This document shows, one piece after another, positions 1 through 9,103 of a stretch of DNA of 64,000 nt. The notes below the pieces were generated by a model, which was given only the letters and a program-made list of their open reading frames with translations, did no database searches and had not been told where the DNA came from. Made by a program: the position numbers and the translations under genes. Position 1 is the first letter of the stretch. Each line of letters opens with the position of its first letter. Source of the stretch: Rhodocyclaceae bacterium (lineage in GTDB: Bacteria; Pseudomonadota; Gammaproteobacteria; Burkholderiales; Rhodocyclaceae); assembly GCA_003963315.1 (NCBI GenBank), contig RXJP01000035.1, forward strand, positions 14,802 to 78,801, read 5' to 3'.

Positions 1-17
1 GCAATTATCTTTTTCAT
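1..17 (-). CDS. amtB: Ammonium transporter AmtB, first 17 nt only (partial)
   Basis: Minus-strand ATG at 15-17 reads MKKII..., 14 nt downstream of the glnK stop. glnK-amtB is the canonical pairing. Only 5 codons are visible, so identity rests on context alone. Confidence 0.3.
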
Positions 18-31
18 ATTGGTTGTTCCCC

Positions 32-466
<435 letters not shown>

Positions 467-1330
467 TTAGAAAGTCTTCAGGAAAGACAGGTAGAAAGTA
501 TCCCGAGCAACGTTCTTGAAGCCAGAAGTAGGAATGGTCTGATTGCTGCCGCTACCGTTGGTACCCCAGCAATAGGGATTCGTAGTGCTGCCACCAGTGC
601 TGTTACAGCTACCGCTATCCACATTCGTAGCGGAATAAGTCAGCCCAACCACGCCGAAACCGACATCTTTGGTCACGCCGATATTCCAGTCAGAGTAAGA
701 AGCGGATTTCAGGGCACCAACCGGAACTGATTTTTCAACGTTCTGATGACCAACGTGACCGGAGACACCCCAGCCATCGCCCAGATCATAGGCAGCATTC
801 AGTTCAACATAGTCAGAACCACGGGTCTTCTGATCGAAAGCGGTGCCACCATACCAACCAATAAAGTAGGGGGACACGGCGTAAGAATAGCGTGCAGTCA
901 GCCACTTCCAAGTGACGGCACCGCGCAATTCGGTAGTGTTGGGATTAGCCAGACCGCCGGAAATATAGTCACCGTGATTGGGATAGATGTAGGAGATAAC
1001 GCCCACATCGTAGCTCCAATCAGGATTGATAGTGCCTTTATAGCCACCGTACAAATCCCACTCCATGGATCCTTTGCCCAGCCAATCCTTAACCCAAGAA
1101 ATGGAAGAAGCCCAAGTACCGACATAGAAGCCATTGGAGAAAGCGTAATCAATACCACCCTGAATGGCGGCGTCGCCATGGGTCTGGCTCACGCCACGGA
1201 ACAGATAATCGGAAACCACACCCACGTTAAAGGTCAGGGGGGAGGGGGGAGGAGCATCCTCAGCGAATGCGGACAGAGCGGGGGCTGCCAGCACGCTGGC
1301 GATTGCGACGGACAAAAGTGTCTTTTTCAT
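467..1330 (-). CDS. TorF-family putative outer-membrane porin (TIGR02001-like beta-barrel)
   Basis: 287 aa with signal peptide MKKTLLSVAIASVLAAPALSAFA. Motifs FNVGVVSDYLFRGVSQT and C-terminal ...LSFLKTF are typical of the TorF/Gcw_chp family, which is often next to amtB. Confidence 0.8.
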   Translation of the reverse strand: MKKTLLSVAIASVLAAPALSAFAEDAPPPSPLTFNVGVVSDYLFRGVSQTHGDAAIQGGIDYAFSNGFYVGTWASSISWVKDWLGKGSMEWDLYGGYKGTINPDWSYDVGVISYIYPNHGDYISGGLANPNTTELRGAVTWKWLTARYSYAVSPYFIGWYGGTAFDQKTRGSDYVELNAAYDLGDGWGVSGHVGHQNVEKSVPVGALKSASYSDWNIGVTKDVGFGVVGLTYSATNVDSGSCNSTGGSTTNPYCWGTNGSGSNQTIPTSGFKNVARDTFYLSFLKTF

Positions 1331-1373
1331 TTTGCTTGCATCTCCTAGAAATAAAAAACAACGAAATACCTAG

Positions 1374-1389
1374 TGCAGGTAGTGTGCCA
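1374..1389 (-). promoter_or_regulatory. Sigma-54 (-24/-12) promoter for the porin-glnK-amtB operon
   Basis: The minus strand reads TGGCAC-ACTAC-CTGCA, close to the consensus TGGCAC-N5-TTGCW, about 45 nt upstream of the porin ATG (1330). Confidence 0.6.
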
Positions 1390-1484
1390 ACCTTGCATTT
1401 TCTTTACAGAACAATGTGTTAAATATTTTTGTCAGACTTACGACAGCACTCGCGCACCAAACTGGCTGACGGACTGGAAATTTA

Positions 1485-1501
1485 TGCACCACATTAATGC
1501 A
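1485..1501. promoter_or_regulatory. Possible NtrC-type enhancer site
   Basis: TGCACC-ACATT-AATGCA is a near-palindrome resembling TGCACC-N5-GGTGCA. It lies about 100 nt upstream of the sigma-54 promoter. Confidence 0.35.
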
Positions 1502-1574
1502 CAAATTGACCTCCGAATTTGCTGCATTGCAGCCCATGCTAGACTTTGGATTCTTAAGAATCAAGGATAACGTC

Positions 1575-1805
1575 ATGAATGCAGGCAAGTTTCTCGATGA
1601 AGCCAGCGCCCGTTTAAGCCAGATATTCGCTGCCGGCCCGGCGGCGGATATTGAAAAAAACATCAAGGCGGCATTGGGCAGCATCTTCACCCGTATGGAA
1701 CTGGTGACGCGGGAAGAATTCGATGTGCAGAAGGAAGTGCTGGCGCGCACCCGGGAAAAACTGACGCAAATGGAAGCCCGCTTGGCGGAATTGGAAAAGC
1801 GCTAA
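1575..1805 (+). CDS. ubiK: Ubiquinone biosynthesis accessory factor UbiK (YqiC/BMFP family)
   Basis: MNAGKFLDEASARLSQIF...LVTREEFDVQKEVLARTREKL..LEARLAELEKR, a coiled-coil UbiK signature. I chose the internal ATG at 1575 because the 5' extension in the ORF track overlaps the divergent promoter region. Confidence 0.8.
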   Translation: MNAGKFLDEASARLSQIFAAGPAADIEKNIKAALGSIFTRMELVTREEFDVQKEVLARTREKLTQMEARLAELEKR

Positions 1806-1833
1806 GCCGCTCCGCCCGTCGCCCAACGCTCTC

Positions 1834-3330
1834 ATGTCCCTCGCCGTCCTCCGTAGCCGTGCCTTGACCGGCATGCAGGCGCTGGAAGTCGCCGTTGAGG
1901 TGCATCTCGCCCCTGGGCTGCCCGCCTTCAATCTGGTGGGACTGCCGGATACCGAAGTCAAGGAGTCCCGGGATCGCGTGAGGGCGGCGATCCAAAATTG
2001 CCGCTTTGAATTTCCCGCCCGGAAAATCACGGTCAACCTGGCACCTGCCGACCTGCCCAAGGGCGCAGGACATTTCGACCTGCCCATCGCCTTGGGCATC
2101 CTGATCGCTTCCGGCCAAGTACCCGCCGAGCATCTGAACGACTACGAATTTGCCGGCGAATTGTCCCTGACCGGCGAGCTGCGTCCGATCAGGGGCGCCT
2201 TGGCCATGAGTCTTGCCGCCGGTCGTTTCGGCCGATCTTTGATGTTGCCCCCGGAGAGCGCAGCGGAAGCCGCCTTGGCGCGAGATACCGTCGTGCTACC
2301 TGCAAGCACGCTGCTCTCTGCTTGTGCCCATCTGAGCGGCGCGGACCACTTGGCGGCGGCGAAGACGGAACCATCCACCGTCGCACCGGGCTATCCGGAC
2401 CTCGCCGAGGTACGGGGACAAAGCCAGGCCAAACGCGCCCTGGAGGTGGCGGCCGCGGGCGGCCATTCCCTCCTGATGAGCGGCCCACCGGGCACCGGCA
2501 AATCCATGCTGGCGAGCCGCTTTCCGGGCTTGCTGCCACCGATGGAGGAACAGGAGGCCTTCGAGGCCGCGGCAGTGCAGTCCCTGGCCGGGAGCTTCCG
2601 GCTTGAGAGCTGGGGCCGGCGTCCTTTCCGCAGCCCCCACCATTCCGCCTCCGCTGCGGCGCTGGTAGGCGGCGGCAGTACGCCCCGCCCGGGGGAGATT
2701 TCCCTAGCCCATGGCGGCGTGCTGTTTCTGGACGAGTTGCCGGAATTCGACCGGCGTGTGTTGGAAGCCCTGCGGGAACCCCTGGAAAGCGGCACCATCT
2801 GCGTGTCCCGGGCGGCGCGCCGGGCCGATTTTCCTGCCCGCTTCCAATTGGTCGCGGCCATGAATCCTTGCCCCTGCGGCTATCTGGGTCACCCCAGCGA
2901 CAAATGCCGCTGCACGCCGGACCAGGTAGGGCGCTACCGTAGCCGCCTATCTGGGCCGCTGCTGGACCGGGTAGATTTAATGATAGAAGTCCCCGCCGTC
3001 AGCGAAGCCGAACTGCGCCAGGGCAAGCAGGGCGAATCCTCCGCCTTCGTACAAAGCCGGGTGATCGCGGCGAGGAACGTTCAGCAACAACGTCAACAAA
3101 TGAGTAATGCCCTGCTCGGCCCGGATGGCATCGATGCCCATTGCAGGCCCGACGAAAAGGGAGCGGCCCTGCTCGCCCAGGCCATGGATAGGCTGCAACT
3201 TTCCGCCCGCGCCTATCACCGCATTCTCAAGGTCGCCCGCACCATCGCCGATCTGGCCGCCAGCGAAAAAGTCGGTGCGGCCCATGTCGCCGAAGCCATC
3301 CAATATCGCCGCGGCCTGCACGAGGCCTGA
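1834..3330 (+). CDS. yifB: YifB/ComM family Mg-chelatase-like ATPase
   Basis: 498 aa with a Lon-protease-like N-terminus (VEVHLAPGLPAFNLVGLPDTEVKESRDRV), Walker A GPPGTGKSM and a C-terminal ChlI-like domain. Confidence 0.9.
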   Translation: MSLAVLRSRALTGMQALEVAVEVHLAPGLPAFNLVGLPDTEVKESRDRVRAAIQNCRFEFPARKITVNLAPADLPKGAGHFDLPIALGILIASGQVPAEHLNDYEFAGELSLTGELRPIRGALAMSLAAGRFGRSLMLPPESAAEAALARDTVVLPASTLLSACAHLSGADHLAAAKTEPSTVAPGYPDLAEVRGQSQAKRALEVAAAGGHSLLMSGPPGTGKSMLASRFPGLLPPMEEQEAFEAAAVQSLAGSFRLESWGRRPFRSPHHSASAAALVGGGSTPRPGEISLAHGGVLFLDELPEFDRRVLEALREPLESGTICVSRAARRADFPARFQLVAAMNPCPCGYLGHPSDKCRCTPDQVGRYRSRLSGPLLDRVDLMIEVPAVSEAELRQGKQGESSAFVQSRVIAARNVQQQRQQMSNALLGPDGIDAHCRPDEKGAALLAQAMDRLQLSARAYHRILKVARTIADLAASEKVGAAHVAEAIQYRRGLHEA

Positions 3331-3336
3331 TCACCC

Positions 3337-4539
3337 TTGCCCATCAGCGCCGGTCTCCTGCCCTTTCTGCTGGCCGCCCTTGCGGCCATCGGCCCGCTGT
3401 CGGTAGACACCTACCTACCGGCGTTCCCGGCCATTGCCGAGGCCCTGCACGCCACGCCGCTCCAGGTGCAGCAGTCCATGACGGCCTACCTGATCACCTT
3501 CTGTCCACTCATGCTGTGGCACGGCGCCATCGCCGACGCGGTGGGACGGCGCAGGGTCATCCTCGCCGGCTTGGCGCTCTATGCGGCGGCTTCGCTCTTC
3601 TGTGTCTTCGCCACCCGGATCGAAATGCTCTGGCTCGGCCGTGCCCTGCAGGGGCTGGCCGGCGGCGTAGGCGGCGTGGTGGGCCGCGCCATCATCCGCG
3701 ACCGTTTCCAGGGCGCCGCCGCGGTACGGCAGATGGCCCATGTCTCCATCATTTTCGCCGCCGCCCCGGCGGTCGCCCCGGTCATCGGCGGCTGGCTCTT
3801 GGTGGGGTTCCAATGGCATGCCATTTTCGTTTTCCTCACCCTCTATACCCTGCTGCTACTTTTGGCCTGCGTCCTTTGGCTGCCGGAAACACTCACCATC
3901 GAACATCGCCACAGCCTCCATCCCCGTGCCCTATGGCAAGGCTATCGGGAGGTGCTGGGCAATCCCGCTTTCCTCAAGATCAGCATCGCCACGGCTTTCT
4001 TTATGAACGGGCAGATGCTTTACATCATGTCCTCGCCCATCTTCCTGATGCGGCACTTGGGCCTCTCGCCCCAATCGTTCTATTGGCTGTTCGTGCCGGT
4101 TATCATGGGCATGGTAACGGGCAACGTGCTGTCCTCCCGCCTGGCGGGCAAGCTGCGAGTGGATCGGGTGGTGGCCCTGGGCATTGTCATCGTGCTGGCA
4201 GCGGCGACGGGCAACGTTGTGCTCAATGCCTTCATGGTCGCCCGCCTGCCTTGGGCCGTGGTCCCCATGATGATCTACGCGGTAGGCCTGTTTACCGCCT
4301 TCTCCGGACTGCAACTGATGGCGTTGGACATGTTCCCGGCGCGGCGCGGCATGGCGTCCAGTTGCCAGAGCTTCATCGTCACGCTGGGCATGGGCCTCAC
4401 CGCCGGTGTGGCAGCGCCGCTGTTGTGGGACTCCACCCTGCACTTGGCGGGCGGCATGGCCATCTACTGCTGTCTGGGACTGGCCTTCTATCGCTGGGCC
4501 AGGGCCGCGCTAAAACAGGCTGAACAACATCTCCCCTGA
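3337..4539 (+). CDS. MFS transporter, Bcr/CflA drug-resistance subfamily
   Basis: 400 aa and about 12 TM segments. The N-terminal motif GPLSVDTYLPAFPAIAEAL is typical of Bcr/CflA. The start is a TTG codon, so the exact start is uncertain. Confidence 0.8.
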   Translation: MPISAGLLPFLLAALAAIGPLSVDTYLPAFPAIAEALHATPLQVQQSMTAYLITFCPLMLWHGAIADAVGRRRVILAGLALYAAASLFCVFATRIEMLWLGRALQGLAGGVGGVVGRAIIRDRFQGAAAVRQMAHVSIIFAAAPAVAPVIGGWLLVGFQWHAIFVFLTLYTLLLLLACVLWLPETLTIEHRHSLHPRALWQGYREVLGNPAFLKISIATAFFMNGQMLYIMSSPIFLMRHLGLSPQSFYWLFVPVIMGMVTGNVLSSRLAGKLRVDRVVALGIVIVLAAATGNVVLNAFMVARLPWAVVPMMIYAVGLFTAFSGLQLMALDMFPARRGMASSCQSFIVTLGMGLTAGVAAPLLWDSTLHLAGGMAIYCCLGLAFYRWARAALKQAEQHLP

Positions 4540-5307
4540 CAGCACGATCAACACCCCGGCAAAAATGCGTTTCAACGTCGCCACCGGCAAGCGGTGGGCC
4601 AACGTGGCACCCAACGGGGCCGCGACCACACTGGGCAAGACCAACATAGCCAAAGCGGGCAAGTAGATATACCCCAGGCTATTGCTGGGCAGGGCGTCCG
4701 CTCCGTAACCGCCTACCATGTAACCCACGGTGCCTGCCAAAGCGATAGGCAGGCCGAGGGCGGAGGAAGTGCCGATAGCGTGGTGCATCTTGACGTTGCA
4801 CCAGGTCATGAAGGGCACCGACAGGGATCCGCCGCCGATGGCCACCAAAGAGGACACCCCGCCGATACCGGCGCCCACCCCGAACATCCCCAGGGGACCG
4901 GGCAATACGCGGGCCGGTTTGGGCTTGGCATTGATGATCATCTGAATCGATACATAAGCCATGAACAGCACGAAGAAAATGGCCAGGGCCTGGGTAGACA
5001 CGTGGCTCACCACCTGGGCGCCAAGGAAGGTGCCCAACAGGATGCCCGGCGCCATGGCGCGCACAATGGGCCAGAGCACGGCACCGTGGCCGTGGTGGGC
5101 ACGCAGGCTGGAAATGGAGGTAAACACGATGGTGGCCAGGGAGGTGCCCAAGGCCAGGTGCATCACATGCTCGACGGGAAAGTGTTGCGCGGTGAACAGC
5201 ACGGCCAGCACCGGCACGATGATGCCGCCGCCGCCGACTCCCAACAATCCCGCAAAAAAACCGGCAAGGGCGCCGAGGGCCGCATAGGCCAATAACCAAG
5301 TCGTCAT
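4510..5307 (-). CDS. TauE/SafE family sulfite/anion exporter
   Basis: Polytopic membrane protein (MTTWLLAYAALGALAGFFAGLLGVGGGGIIVP...). The start at 5307 gives an ATGA overlap with the upstream EVE gene stop. Confidence 0.8.
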   Translation of the reverse strand: MTTWLLAYAALGALAGFFAGLLGVGGGGIIVPVLAVLFTAQHFPVEHVMHLALGTSLATIVFTSISSLRAHHGHGAVLWPIVRAMAPGILLGTFLGAQVVSHVSTQALAIFFVLFMAYVSIQMIINAKPKPARVLPGPLGMFGVGAGIGGVSSLVAIGGGSLSVPFMTWCNVKMHHAIGTSSALGLPIALAGTVGYMVGGYGADALPSNSLGYIYLPALAMLVLPSVVAAPLGATLAHRLPVATLKRIFAGVLIVLSGEMLFSLF

Positions 5308-5768
5308 TTGAGCAGCTTCTGAGTGATGAATTTCCATTCCGCCGGATCCACCGGCGTGATGGAGAGGCGATTGCCTTTTTGCAGTATGCGCATGTTCTCA
5401 AGCTCGGGGTGGGCACGCAATTCCGCCAGGCCGATCAGCCGGGTCTTTTCGGTGATGCGCACATCCACATTCATCCAGCGCGGGTTTTCCTGTGTGGATT
5501 TGGGATCGAAATAATGGCTCTCGGGATCGAACTGGGTGCGGTCCGGGTAGGCCTTCGTCGCCACTTCCGCCAAGCCGGCAATGCCCGGCTCGGGGCAGGA
5601 GGAGTGATAGAAGAACACCTTGTCCCCCACCGCCATCTGGTCGCGCATGAAATTACGCGCCTGGTAATTGCGCACCCCCCACCAATCCACGGTCTGGTTA
5701 GGCATGGCCAACACGTCATCGATGCCAACCACGGAGGGTTCGCTTTTCATCAGCCAATAACGGGGCAT
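5304..5768 (-). CDS. EVE (PUA-like) domain protein
   Basis: MPRYWLMKSEPSVVGIDDVL...WWGVRNYQARNFMRDQMAVGDKVFFYHS matches the EVE/Thy28-like family. The start was moved to the ATG at 5768 with a GGAGG RBS. Confidence 0.8.
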   Translation of the reverse strand: MPRYWLMKSEPSVVGIDDVLAMPNQTVDWWGVRNYQARNFMRDQMAVGDKVFFYHSSCPEPGIAGLAEVATKAYPDRTQFDPESHYFDPKSTQENPRWMNVDVRITEKTRLIGLAELRAHPELENMRILQKGNRLSITPVDPAEWKFITQKLLK

Positions 5769-5775
5769 GGTTCCT

Positions 5776-5810
5776 CCAAAAACAAAAAAGCGCTGAAGTC
5801 CATTCAGCGC
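5776..5810 (-). terminator. Rho-independent terminator (downstream of zapA/6S RNA)
   Basis: The minus strand reads GCGCTGAA-TGGAC-TTCAGCGC followed by TTTTTTGTTTTT. Confidence 0.7.
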
Positions 5811-5857
5811 CATATCAAACCCAAACACACAATCGAGCGTAGCGAGCTAACCAGTCA

Positions 5858-5885
5858 CCTCCCCCAAGGGGAGGCCGGGAGGGGT
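5858..5885. repeat. Short copy of the GGGGAGG-hairpin intergenic repeat (family A)
   Basis: CCTCCCCCAAGGGGAGGCCGGGAGGGGT resembles CCCCTGACAAGGGGAGGACGGGAGGGGT at 48899-48926 and units at 13117-13235. Confidence 0.55.
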
Positions 5886-5939
5886 AGTTTGACTGCCCCG
5901 CTAGCGGGGGAAACCAATATCGTCCCTGGAAGAACGATA

Positions 5940-6140
5940 TTGGTTTCCCCCGCCTGTGCCGTTAGGCCGCTATCCTGAACCTGGGTTCAGGGGGGCTGCG
6001 TTCCTGCTGCATCAGGTTCACCCGGAGAAGGGCGATCACAACAGCAGCGTCTAGGGTCGGCAACCATGTCTTGCGACATTGGTTCAAGGAAATTTACAGC
6101 CTTGGCGAACACCGCAGGGGAAAACCGGGGAAACCCAGCC
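5940..6140 (-). ncRNA. ssrS: 6S RNA (SsrS), boundaries approximate
   Basis: Sits immediately downstream of zapA, which is conserved synteny in gamma- and betaproteobacteria. There is no credible ORF. Minus-strand GGTTTTCCCC (about 6126-6117) can pair with GGGGGAAACC (about 5951-5942) as a closing stem. An internal hairpin CCTGAACC-CA-GGTTCAGG mirrors the E. coli 6S CCUUGAACC-AAG-GGUUCAAGG element. No covariance model was run. Confidence 0.55.
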
Positions 6141-6155
6141 GGCACGGCCTTGGAA

Positions 6156-6506
6156 TCAGAACAGGTCTTCCTGTTTCGTCTCCGCCAGGGCCTTGTCCAA
6201 CTTGGCTTCGATGCCAGCGATTCTACGCCGCAACGCCCCAGCGTCAACGTGGCCCGTCTCGTTTTCCACCACCGGCGCAGGGGCGGCCAGGGCATTGGCG
6301 CGCAACAGGTCGTGGGCCAGATTGAGGGCCACCATCACCGCCAGTTTTTCGCCATTGCTGCGGGTCTTGTCCGCCACTTCGGCCATGCGTTCGTCCAACA
6401 GCTTCACCGCAGCATGCAGGGCCTCCCGCTCTTCTGGCGCACAGGACACCCGGTAGTCCTTGCCTTGGATAGTGATATCGAGGGAATTCGAGTTCGCCAC
6501 AGTCAT
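6156..6506 (-). CDS. zapA: Cell division protein ZapA
   Basis: 116 aa, ...LDITIQGKDYRVSCAPEEREALHAAVKLLDERMAEV...KLAVMVALNLAHDLL matches the ZapA family. Confidence 0.9.
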   Translation of the reverse strand: MTVANSNSLDITIQGKDYRVSCAPEEREALHAAVKLLDERMAEVADKTRSNGEKLAVMVALNLAHDLLRANALAAPAPVVENETGHVDAGALRRRIAGIEAKLDKALAETKQEDLF

Positions 6507-6706
6507 GCCTCCGGCAACTTGTCCCGCAGCACTTCAAGGCGGGCACGCGCGGCATCCATCTTGTCCGCGAGGGATTGCTTCTCGGACTCCAGTACGGCCA
6601 TCCGGCTGCGCAGCGCCAAATTCTCCTCATGCAGCGAGTCGCACAAGGCCAGCACCCGGTCCACCTTCTGATCCAGGGGTTCAAAGAAATCGGGGTCAAG
6701 GTTCAT
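6503..6706 (-). CDS. Small coiled-coil protein (TIGR02449-like, usually upstream of zapA)
   Basis: MNLDPDFFEPLDQKVDRVLALCDSLHEENLALRSRMAVLESEKQSLADKMDAARARLEVL. I chose the internal ATG at 6706. It has a 4-nt overlap with the zapA start. Confidence 0.7.
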   Translation of the reverse strand: MNLDPDFFEPLDQKVDRVLALCDSLHEENLALRSRMAVLESEKQSLADKMDAARARLEVLRDKLPEA

Positions 6707-6829
6707 AACGAAAGTTTGTTGGAAATTCCCTTTATGGTCAAGGCATGAGACCTCGATTTTCAGGTAATCACTGAAGTCAGACCAGGAAAACAGGTGGGGG
6801 CCGGGCAGGTTCAAGCCCCCTTTTGCTAC

Positions 6830-7025
6830 AATCCGCCCCCTGTTCGAGGTGCCCACGCCGATTTTCTTCGGTCAGGGTGAAACGGGAAGCAGGTGAAAGA
6901 CCTGCGCTGCCCCCGCAACGGTAAGGAAGTGCGGAACCATCAAGACGCCACTGGGTGCCATCCAAAATGCGCCCGGGAAGGCGATGGTTCAAGACTTCCA
7001 AGCCCGGAGACCGGCCACGGACATT
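6830..7025 (+). promoter_or_regulatory. Cobalamin (AdoCbl) riboswitch
   Basis: Conserved core GGTGAAACGGGAAGCAGGTGAAAGACCTGCGCTGCCCCCGCAACGGTAAGG and B12 box AGCCCGGAGACCGGCC (7001-7016). A TACAAT -10 element at 6827-6832 lies just upstream, and btuB follows directly. Confidence 0.85.
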
Positions 7026-7145
7026 CGTATGAATCGCTGCGGGAGGGCAGTGGTCGGCGCATTCGTCTGCTCCGAAACTCCTTTTGCTGCGATTCCCTGT
7101 CCAATCCACTGGCAGCGGGGACGCTTGCCGGGAAAAGGAGTATCC

Positions 7146-9095
7146 ATGTTCCATCCATCCATCAAGCCCACTGCGGCAGCTATCGCCGTACTTACCGCCT
7201 TCCAAGCATGCGCTGCTGACGCGGAGCCCTCCCTGACGAATGTCGTCGTGACCGCAAATCGCCAACCCACCCGAGTCGACCGGGTGCTTGCCGACGTCAC
7301 CACGCTGAATCGGGAGGATATCCAATCCTCTGGCTACGGCTCACTTGAATTGCTCTTGGCGGCCCAGCCTGGCGTCGAGTATTCGGCCACCGGCGGCGCC
7401 GGACAACCCGCGTCCATTTTCCTCCGCGGCGCAAACGGGAATCACACATTGGTGTTGCTCGACGGGGCTCGCATCAATTCCGCCACTTTGGGTACCGCCG
7501 CGATTAGCGCCATTCCCCTTGCCGCCATCGACAGGATCGAAATCCTGCGCGGTCCCGCCTCCAGCCTGTACGGCGCCGACGCCATTGGTGGTGTGATCCA
7601 GATATTCACTCGCAGCGGCGGTGATACGCCCTACTTCAGCGCCTCCTACGGCATGGGCAACCGGAATGCGAGCGCCGCCGAAGTCGCCGGCGGCGGAAGA
7701 TTCGGCGATTGGTCTTTGTCCATGGACGCCAGCCAATCCCGTACCGATTCAGTCAATGCCATCAACCATCCTGATGCCCGCTGGGCCACCCTGTTCTTCA
7801 CCACTGATCCCTACAATCCCGACCGGGATGGTTTCCGCAACGACAGCGTAAGCGCCCGGGTCGGCTACCGCATCAATCCCGACCATCAAGTCGGCATCAA
7901 CGTATCCCGCTTCTGGGGATTGGTCCGCAAGGACGCCACCCAGTGCGACCTGGCCACCGGCTTGGTCTGTACCGCCAACTTCGACTCCCGCACCGCCCAG
8001 GCGGTGCAGACCACGTCGGCCTACTGGCGTGGTCAGTTGTCCCAGGACTGGACCAGCACCTTGCGACTGGATCGCAGCGAGGATGACCAACGGGACTATC
8101 GCTTCGATCCGGCCACCCTGCGGGAACCGCGCAGCGCCTTTGCCACCACCCAGCACCAACTGTCCTGGCAGAACGACCTGCGCCTTGGCCCCGGAAAGTT
8201 ACTGCTGGCCGCGGAAGAGCTTCAGCAGAAAATCGCGGCCAACTCCACCTATGTGCAGAAAGAACGGACCATCCGTTCCTTGCTGGCGGGCTACGACGCT
8301 TGGTATGGGCCCCATGGCGTCCAGATAAATGTCCGCCAGGATGACAACACGCAGTTCGGCACGAAAACCACCGGCGGCGTGGCATACGCCTATCAGCTCT
8401 CCCCGGCATGGCGTGCACAAGGCGGCGTCAAGACGGCGTTCAAGGCCCCCTCCTTCAATGACCTCTACTTCCCCCGGGACCCCCTCTTCGGCGGCGGCAA
8501 CCCCAACCTGAAGCCGGAAAAATCCACCTCCACCGAAGCTGGCCTGACCTACACGCAGGGAGACCACCGCCTCGGCGTCACGGTATACCGCAACAAGGTG
8601 AGCAATCTGATCGAATGGCGCCCCGACCTCGCCGTCGGTCCCTTCTTCTGGACGCCGCAAAACATCAGCCAAGCACTATTGCGTGGCGCCACCCTGACCT
8701 ATGACGGCACCCTGGCGGACTGGTGTTTCCGCGCTTCCCTAGATCTGCAAAATCCTATCGACATGGAGCGCAACGTCACCCTCAACAACCGGGCCAGGGC
8801 CACGGCCAAACTCCAGGCTGACCGCCAGATCGGCGCTTGGAATATTGGCGCCGGCTTTCTCGCCGTCGGCGCCCGCCACGAGGACGACAGTTTCAGTGCC
8901 GCCACCCCTGCCGACCGGCGCGACCGCCTGGGGGGCTATACCCTGGCGAATCTATCCGTCCAGTACGCGGTAGACAAGAATTGGAGCGTTTTCGGCCGCG
9001 CCACCAATCTCTTCGACAAACGTTACGAGCCCCGTTTCAACTACAACAGCGAAGGCGCGGGATACTTCGTCGGTGTCCGTTATCAAATGAAATAA
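7146..9095 (+). CDS. btuB: TonB-dependent vitamin B12 receptor BtuB
   Basis: Signal peptide plus TonB box (SLTNVVVTANRQPTRV), plug domain and a C-terminal beta-barrel ending ...YFVGVRYQMK. Start at the ATG 7146 with an AGGAG RBS. The ORF-track 5' extension lies inside the riboswitch. Confidence 0.9.
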   Translation: MFHPSIKPTAAAIAVLTAFQACAADAEPSLTNVVVTANRQPTRVDRVLADVTTLNREDIQSSGYGSLELLLAAQPGVEYSATGGAGQPASIFLRGANGNHTLVLLDGARINSATLGTAAISAIPLAAIDRIEILRGPASSLYGADAIGGVIQIFTRSGGDTPYFSASYGMGNRNASAAEVAGGGRFGDWSLSMDASQSRTDSVNAINHPDARWATLFFTTDPYNPDRDGFRNDSVSARVGYRINPDHQVGINVSRFWGLVRKDATQCDLATGLVCTANFDSRTAQAVQTTSAYWRGQLSQDWTSTLRLDRSEDDQRDYRFDPATLREPRSAFATTQHQLSWQNDLRLGPGKLLLAAEELQQKIAANSTYVQKERTIRSLLAGYDAWYGPHGVQINVRQDDNTQFGTKTTGGVAYAYQLSPAWRAQGGVKTAFKAPSFNDLYFPRDPLFGGGNPNLKPEKSTSTEAGLTYTQGDHRLGVTVYRNKVSNLIEWRPDLAVGPFFWTPQNISQALLRGATLTYDGTLADWCFRASLDLQNPIDMERNVTLNNRARATAKLQADRQIGAWNIGAGFLAVGARHEDDSFSAATPADRRDRLGGYTLANLSVQYAVDKNWSVFGRATNLFDKRYEPRFNYNSEGAGYFVGVRYQMK

Positions 9096-9103
9096 TCCAA
9101 TCC

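Noticed and set aside
6984-7145. 5' extension of the btuB ORF; the same issue applies to the 8837-9103 extension of btuC and the 9523-10089 extension of btuD
   Set aside because: The extensions overlap the riboswitch or upstream coding regions in other frames and precede good RBS/start combinations. The family-typical N-termini begin at 7146, 9104 and 10090.
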